Source of the DNA: Candidatus Sericytochromatia bacterium
Lineage (GTDB): Bacteria > Cyanobacteriota > Sericytochromatia > S15B-MN24 > JAQBPE01
Direction: 5' to 3'
NCBI GenBank assembly: GCA_035285125.1
Contig: JAYKHR010000060.1
Coordinates: forward strand, 1 to 64,000
DNA length: 64,000 bases
Shown piece by piece: positions 59,601 to 64,000 of the stretch (position 1 is the stretch's first letter; the number at the start of each line of letters is the position of its first letter). The notes under the pieces are model-generated. The model saw only the letters and a program-made list of their open reading frames with translations. It did not search any database and was not told where the DNA came from. The position numbers and the translations under genes are program-made.

Positions 59601-60371
59601 GAGCAAGGGCGTCGCTCCGACGATGTGGCAGGGGCGGTGCAGGGGTTGGTTCAGGCGCTCAAGCAGGAGCGCCTCCGCTTCGAGAAGTCGCTGGACGGTG
59701 GCGCCCTCGAGCTGGCCCTGGTCGAGGTCGCGCGGCAGGTGCGCGAGCGCAACGTCGAGTTCGTCACGGCCTTCACGCGGGACCGCGAGGGGGCCCTGGA
59801 CGAGGCCCTTGGCCCCTGGGTGGCGAGCCTGCTGAGCCCGGCCGAGCGCAAGCTGCTCGAGGACGTCGACTACAGGCGAACCCAGGTCGCCGACGCCCGC
59901 GACGAGGTGGTCACCGGCCAGGCCCTGGCCGAGGAGGCCCGCCAGTATCGCATCCATACGGAGAACATCCAGAACGTGCTCGAGCGCCTGGTGGAGCCTG
60001 ACCACACCTTCCGCGCCGAGTTCTCGAGGGACCCCGTCGGGACCCTGGTGCGCTGGGGCATCTTCCCGCACCTGCCGACGCCGCTGCAGCAGACCTTGTC
60101 TGATGCGGCCCGGGCGCCGCGCATCGAAACGCTCGTGCGGGCCGTGGAGCAGACCATGTCGCCCGTGCTTCAGCGGCAGATGCAGCGCGAGCGGCAGCTC
60201 CGCAACCTGAAGGAGGCGGTGAGGACGGTGAATGCAGGGAACTACGGGCCCCTGATGGCCATCCTCGACGAGGACGATGCGACGATCTCCCGGGAGGTCC
60301 GGCACACGCTGGACGCCGCGATGGAGAACGGCCAGGCCCCCTTCCGCGGCGGGCTCCTCCGCTTCCTCTGA
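56685..60371 (+). CDS. 1228-aa hypothetical protein: degenerate zincin-like motifs split by a Pro/Gly-rich repeat insert, helical C-terminus
   Basis: RBS GGAG; long ORF filling the gap; ALAKALGQ...FPRLSGW and FVGGKAATDPREDLGE motifs. Confidence 0.75.
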   Translation: MNLDGLTGPLKPTQALPTVPSASPDAVPLAGEVVDAGAAAGPTPAAGDDLGMPTGDIGLGRPPARPGRVNVDVAASQALARVVPGASLEGDWPMAHVAELVKAVEELPVPILPWWHGHVFRQVTRAADKGRQGPREEDDREDLVAEVRRQLVRVDPARRLVLIDAELFTLPAVGGKKALSLALAKALGQSAPSRVGTVLGTEFPRLSGWQVSARSPGAPPLPPRPYEGVAPFEASPPGQAVGPAGPLPRPQAGPDRPRAPQTGRLLRQDELPGAGLRRAPGAGRPEAPAPGSPAKPGGLGAASHPAEPPRRPGERASQPSSGAPRGTQPLSPEGGPRGPQPPAGGGRGSQPLPPGGGSRGSQPLPPAEGPRGAQTLPPAGGPGGSASGTGRTPAAEPPGLRAAPPLRGPLAGRGPTMPKDVEGPLVPGPDAATGFGPFAVPEGVGLPPGPPGLGGEMPPGVAPLDAPGEAAGPFAPTAAPGEAAGPVAPLAAPGEAAGPFAPTAAPGDATGPFAPLSAPGEAAGRIAPMPAGRPPRGPASEAPLLRTNGSAPLGSRSGPDQRQRGGERPAGLPLPVAGGGMVELPGGGKVIFEHDADAAFVGGKAATDPREDLGETLKALMHAPESLLRTSPAKLLLLNAEARVLGAAEVRALAAKLGVDLKGVLTDLAVSGRVTPATLRRIAEHHGLSVDRATVEAREQALLVRGGTMEAVVSRLTADLATRGVGAARAVREAEALAATHARLLASLPLTADPRAVGLTAGQRVFRWVAESLGRAAGPRAGRVGAELSEVRAQFQRLPLAAQLRVAPELALGATWLRLSIAERATLRDPVALQGVVAKASQGVEEVAYVPQQLNGSERRALAVRTLVDALVDPGMAGRSLRSRLGGAEPGSRRGTQPFDPASGLKELAAVNGQTVLSLLGEGARRGLADRQAQAALRQALAEPVLQEAIQTLRSNGLGAEPLRAAVLRYALEQGRRSDDVAGAVQGLVQALKQERLRFEKSLDGGALELALVEVARQVRERNVEFVTAFTRDREGALDEALGPWVASLLSPAERKLLEDVDYRRTQVADARDEVVTGQALAEEARQYRIHTENIQNVLERLVEPDHTFRAEFSRDPVGTLVRWGIFPHLPTPLQQTLSDAARAPRIETLVRAVEQTMSPVLQRQMQRERQLRNLKEAVRTVNAGNYGPLMAILDEDDATISREVRHTLDAAMENGQAPFRGGLLRFL
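57627..57830 (+). repeat. About 11-12-aa RGxQPLPP(A/G)GG coding repeats
   Basis: RASQP, RGTQPLSPEGGP, RGPQPPAGGG, RGSQPLPPGGGS, RGSQPLPPAEGP, RGAQTLPPAGGP. Confidence 0.8.
58080..58274 (+). repeat. 5 x 39-bp coding repeats APGEAAGPFAPTA
   Basis: APGEAAGPFAPTA / APGEAAGPVAPLA / APGEAAGPFAPTA / APGDATGPFAPLS / APGEAAGRIAPMP. Confidence 0.9.
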
Positions 60372-60393
60372 AATCTGGTAGGCTGCTCCCAAG

Positions 60394-61887
60394 ATGTCCG
60401 TTGCGCCCGTCCCCCCATCTCGCCCTGGCCCGCTCGCTGGCGCCGCCGCCTTGTGGCGCGAGGCCGTGAGGCTCGTGGCCCTTGCGGGGATCTTCACGGT
60501 GGTCTGCCTGGGCGTCCGGGGCCTGGCCTGGCTGGCCTTCGGGACGGCGCTGCCGGAGCTGGTCGTCGAGGCCCCGGTGGCCGCGGCGCTGACGCGCCTG
60601 CACCGGGTCTGGCGCCGTGCCGAAGGCCGTCGGCGGGCCCTGGTCGCCGCCGCGGTCGAGCTGGGGCCTGATTTTCGCGCCATCGTGGGCTCCTTTGCCG
60701 CAGCCAGCCGCGAGTCGCTGGACATCCGGGCCAACACCGAGGCCTTCCTGGACGCCGTGGCTGAGGCCCTGGCGCCCGTCCACCAGCTCGTCGTCGTCCG
60801 CCGCGACGGCGTGCTCGAGGCCCTCGGGGCGCGCAGCGTGCCGGATGTCCAGGCCCACCTCCGCCGAGGGCCCACCCCTGAGGAGGTGACGATCCCGCTC
60901 AAGGTCGGCGACCGCTTCGTGGGGCGGCTGTTGCTCGGCCCACGGAGCGACGGGCGCGAGTACACCGAGGCCGACCTGGGGCTGCTCGACAGCCTGGGCC
61001 AGTCGCTGGCGCTCTCGCTGCGCAACGCCGAGCTCTTCCAGGAACTCGCGGGCCAGGAGAGGCTGCGGCGTGAGCTCGAGATCGCCTGCGACGTCCAGAT
61101 GGGTCTGCTGCCCAAGGGCGTGCCCGACGTCCCGGGAGCGTCGCTGGCAGCCCACTGTGTGCCCGCACAGGAGGTGGGCGGCGACCTTTACGACTTCGTG
61201 CAGATCGATGCGACGCGCTGGGGGGTGCTGGTGGGAGACGTCGCGGGCAAGGGGGTGCCTGCGGCCCTCATGATGGCTGTGACGCTGACCCTTTTCCGCG
61301 CCATCGCGCCGGGCATTCCCTCGCCCGCCAGCACGCTCGGGCGGCTCAACAAGCTGGTGCATCGCAACCGGCCTTCGAACAAGACCTTCGTCGCGGCAGC
61401 CTACTACATCTACGACGCGCGGGACGGCTCCATCGTCGTTGCCAATGCCGGCCACCCGCCTCCGCTGGTGGACGGCCAGCCCGTCCCCGTGAAGGGCCTG
61501 CCGCTGGGCATCAACCCGAAGACGGTCTACAAGGAGGTGCGCTTCACGCTGGCCCCTGGCAGCAGCCTGGTGGTGTACTCGGATGGCCTGGAGGATGTCG
61601 AGAACCCGGCCGGGGAGTCGCTGGGCCACCGCCGGGTCGCCAACCTGTTCGCGCGGCTGGCGTCGCGCCGGGCCGACCAGGCCGTCACGGAGCTGCAGGG
61701 CGCGCTGGCGACCTTCTCGGGGGCGGCGCTGCCGTCGGACGACCAGACGGTGGCGGTCTTGCGCCGGGACCCGCGGCCCGCGGCGGCGCCCGTCAGCCCT
61801 GGACAGGCCGCCGTTGCCCCTGGGACGGCAGGCCCCGCAGAGCCAGCCCCGAGCGCACCAGGCGATCCAGCAGGTCCGGCATCATGA
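60394..61887 (+). CDS. Membrane-anchored GAF + SpoIIE/PP2C phosphatase (RsbU-like)
   Basis: ELEIACDVQMGLLP, EVGGDLYD, GDVAGKGVPAAL, NAGHPPP, YSDGLED, DDQT. Confidence 0.92.
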   Translation: MSVAPVPPSRPGPLAGAAALWREAVRLVALAGIFTVVCLGVRGLAWLAFGTALPELVVEAPVAAALTRLHRVWRRAEGRRRALVAAAVELGPDFRAIVGSFAAASRESLDIRANTEAFLDAVAEALAPVHQLVVVRRDGVLEALGARSVPDVQAHLRRGPTPEEVTIPLKVGDRFVGRLLLGPRSDGREYTEADLGLLDSLGQSLALSLRNAELFQELAGQERLRRELEIACDVQMGLLPKGVPDVPGASLAAHCVPAQEVGGDLYDFVQIDATRWGVLVGDVAGKGVPAALMMAVTLTLFRAIAPGIPSPASTLGRLNKLVHRNRPSNKTFVAAAYYIYDARDGSIVVANAGHPPPLVDGQPVPVKGLPLGINPKTVYKEVRFTLAPGSSLVVYSDGLEDVENPAGESLGHRRVANLFARLASRRADQAVTELQGALATFSGAALPSDDQTVAVLRRDPRPAAAPVSPGQAAVAPGTAGPAEPAPSAPGDPAGPAS

Positions 61888-62836
61888 TGCCCGCCACCCG
61901 AGCGGCCTGCGGCAGCAGGCTGCCCTCCGTCAGCCCCGGCAGCGTGTTCGTCTCCAGGATGTAGGCGATGCCGTCTCGCAGCATGAAGTCGCTCCGGGAA
62001 TACCCGGCACAGCCCAGCCCATGGTGCGCCCGCCGCGCCAACTCCTGGACCGTGGCGGTGATGGCCTCGTCGAGTCGAGCGGGACAGATCTCGTCGGTGG
62101 CTCCTGGGGTGTACTTCGCCTCGTAGTCGAAGGTGTCGCTCGACCGCGGCAGGATCTCGATCAGGGGCAGCGCCAGGGGCGGCGTCTCGCCGAGCACGCC
62201 TGCCGTCAGCTCCAGCCCGCGGATGCGCTCCTCGACGAGCACCTCCTCATCCACCGCGGCAACCGCGCCGAGCCCGGTGGTGAAGGCCTCGGGGCGATCC
62301 ACCATCGCGAGGCCCAGCGTCGAGCCCTGGGTGGCCCCCTTGAGCACCAGATCCGTCCCGAGCACGGCGATGGTGCGAGAGGCGACCTCGTCCGCCGAGA
62401 TCGGCACCAGCGGGGTGTCGCCGTGGAGCGCAGAGCACCCCCGGACGTACTGGCCGTCGTCGACGCGCCGCCAGTCGAGCCAGCGGGCCTGGGGCAGCCC
62501 GAGCTCCTGGTACACGGCCTTGGACCGGACCTTGTTCATCGCCAGCGCGCTGGCCATCACGCCGGAGCCCTGGTAGGGCAGCCCCAGGACCTCCAGCAGC
62601 CCCTGCACGGTGCCGTCCTCGCCCCAGCGGCCGTGCAGGGCGAGGAAGACGAAATCGGCGCGGTCCGCCAGCCCCGCGATGACCACCGGCGCGGCCAGGA
62701 GGTCGTTCAGTTCGACGGCGAAGGCCTCGTACCGCTCGGGGTCGAGGTTCTTGAGCACCATCTGACCCGAGCGCAGCGAGACCTCTCGCTCACTCGATGG
62801 CCCGCCCATCAGGACGGCGACCCGCAGCTTGCCCAT
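61793..62836 (-). CDS. ddl: D-alanine--D-alanine ligase
   Basis: LMGGPSSEREVSLRSG, ALHGRWGEDGTVQG, SALAMNK, FDYEAKY, RSDF, LETNTLPGLT..SLLP. Confidence 0.96.
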   Translation of the reverse strand: MGKLRVAVLMGGPSSEREVSLRSGQMVLKNLDPERYEAFAVELNDLLAAPVVIAGLADRADFVFLALHGRWGEDGTVQGLLEVLGLPYQGSGVMASALAMNKVRSKAVYQELGLPQARWLDWRRVDDGQYVRGCSALHGDTPLVPISADEVASRTIAVLGTDLVLKGATQGSTLGLAMVDRPEAFTTGLGAVAAVDEEVLVEERIRGLELTAGVLGETPPLALPLIEILPRSSDTFDYEAKYTPGATDEICPARLDEAITATVQELARRAHHGLGCAGYSRSDFMLRDGIAYILETNTLPGLTEGSLLPQAARVAGIMMPDLLDRLVRSGLALRGLPSQGQRRPVQG

Positions 62837-62917
62837 AGCGACACCCTCTCCCGCGACCCGCGCACACGGCGACAGGGTTATGGTAACCCAAACGCCACGC
62901 TCGCCGGGTGAGGGCGA

Positions 62918-63982
62918 TCACGCGCTGAAGAGCGAGCCCCTGCCCAGCGTGGAGCCGTCGGCCAGCACGAGCCCGGCCCCGAGGCGTGAGCCCGCGCCGA
63001 CGTCGCAGCCGAGGCCGAGGATGCAGCCCTTCACGCTGGCGTCCTCGCCCAGCGTGCAGCCCGCGCCGATCACGGCGTGCTCGACGCTGGCGCGATCGTC
63101 CACCACGACGCCTGGGCCGAGCACGGAGAACTCCTGGAGCCGGGCCCGCTTGCGGACCCGAGCGCCGCGCCCTACGTAGGCAGGCCCTCGGAGGTCTGCC
63201 GTGGGGTCGAGTTCGGCGCCCTCTGCCACCCACACGCCGTCAGGCCGGCGCTGCGCGTCCAGCTCCAGCTGCACGCGCCCGAGCAGGACGTCCACGTGCG
63301 CTTGCAGGTACTTCGCCGGCGAGCCGATGTCCAGCCAGTAGGCCGAGGTGGCCTGCCCGAACACGGGCTCCCCGAGCTTCAGCAGCAGGGGAAAGAGGCC
63401 GCGCTCGAAGCTGAAGGCCTCTCGTTCGGGCACGTAGGCGAACACGGCCGGATCCAGCACGTAGATGCCGGCGTTCACGGTGTCGACCGTCGCCTCGTCC
63501 CACGACGGCTTCTCCAGGAAGCGCGTGATCCGCCCGTCCGCGTCCGGGAAGAGCAGGCCGTACGAGGTGGGGTCGGCCACGCGGATCATGGCGATGGTGG
63601 CGCGGGCGCCGCGCTCTCGGTGGCTCGCGACGAGGGCTCCGAGGTCCATGTCGGTGAGGATGTCGCCGTTGATGACGAGCAGCGGCTCGCCGTCGAAGTG
63701 TGGCTCCGCCAGCTTCACTGCACCCGCCGTGCCCATCGGTGTCTCCTCGAGCGAGTAGGCGATGCGCAGGCCGAGGGCCTCGCCGTCGCCGAAGTGGCTC
63801 CGGATGGTCTCCGACAGGTAATGCAGGTTGATGACGACGTCTCGGACGCCGTGACGGCGCAGCAGCTCGAGCTGGTGCTGCAGGAACGGCTTCTCGAACA
63901 GCGGCACCATCGGCTTGGGCGTCGTATGCGTCAGCGGCCGCAGCCGCGTGCCTGAGCCGCCAGCGATGATGACGGCCTTCAC
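62918..63982 (-). CDS. NDP-sugar pyrophosphorylase (mannose-1-phosphate guanylyltransferase-like) with LbH tail
   Basis: KAVIIAGGSGTRLRPLT..PKPMVP, GTAGAV, NGD, FLEKP, NAGIY, YWLDIG; hexapeptide repeats. Confidence 0.92.
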   Translation of the reverse strand: MKAVIIAGGSGTRLRPLTHTTPKPMVPLFEKPFLQHQLELLRRHGVRDVVINLHYLSETIRSHFGDGEALGLRIAYSLEETPMGTAGAVKLAEPHFDGEPLLVINGDILTDMDLGALVASHRERGARATIAMIRVADPTSYGLLFPDADGRITRFLEKPSWDEATVDTVNAGIYVLDPAVFAYVPEREAFSFERGLFPLLLKLGEPVFGQATSAYWLDIGSPAKYLQAHVDVLLGRVQLELDAQRRPDGVWVAEGAELDPTADLRGPAYVGRGARVRKRARLQEFSVLGPGVVVDDRASVEHAVIGAGCTLGEDASVKGCILGLGCDVGAGSRLGAGLVLADGSTLGRGSLFSA

Positions 63983-64000
63983 CGCAGCGCCCCCGGGGCC

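Overview
High-GC (roughly 70-75% by eye) chromosomal segment of a diderm bacterium (BamA/TamB, TolC, many lipoproteins). A cyanobacterial-style LepB, with no photosynthesis genes in this window, tentatively suggests a non-photosynthetic cyanobacterial relative such as Sericytochromatia; this is inference only. There are about 47 CDS. Housekeeping genes include icd, rimO, pgsA, lepB, infA, mutY, rarA, miaB, rnhA, tsaD, ddl and an NDP-sugar pyrophosphorylase. Envelope genes include a TamB-Omp85-SurA-like operon, a split MacAB-TolC-like exporter with glycosyltransferases, an AMIN-beta-barrel protein and 8 lipoproteins. Signalling genes include a 1780-aa kinase-STAND-TPR-GAF-GGDEF fusion and an RsbV/RsbW/RsbU-like partner switch. 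I saw no rRNA, tRNA, CRISPR, transposase or phage genes. The most notable items are: (1) a secreted precursor with three identical Cys/His/Gly 20-mer cores, behind phased TTAA operator arrays and next to MBL and M50 peptidase genes; (2) a ComQ-like non-canonical prenyltransferase and a giant pseudo-metalloprotease-like protein inside the partner-switching locus; (3) a PGFG (FG-repeat) lipoprotein; (4) a 161-bp TA-flanked, G-U-compensated ERIC-like element. All calls come from motif recognition by eye; no searches were run.
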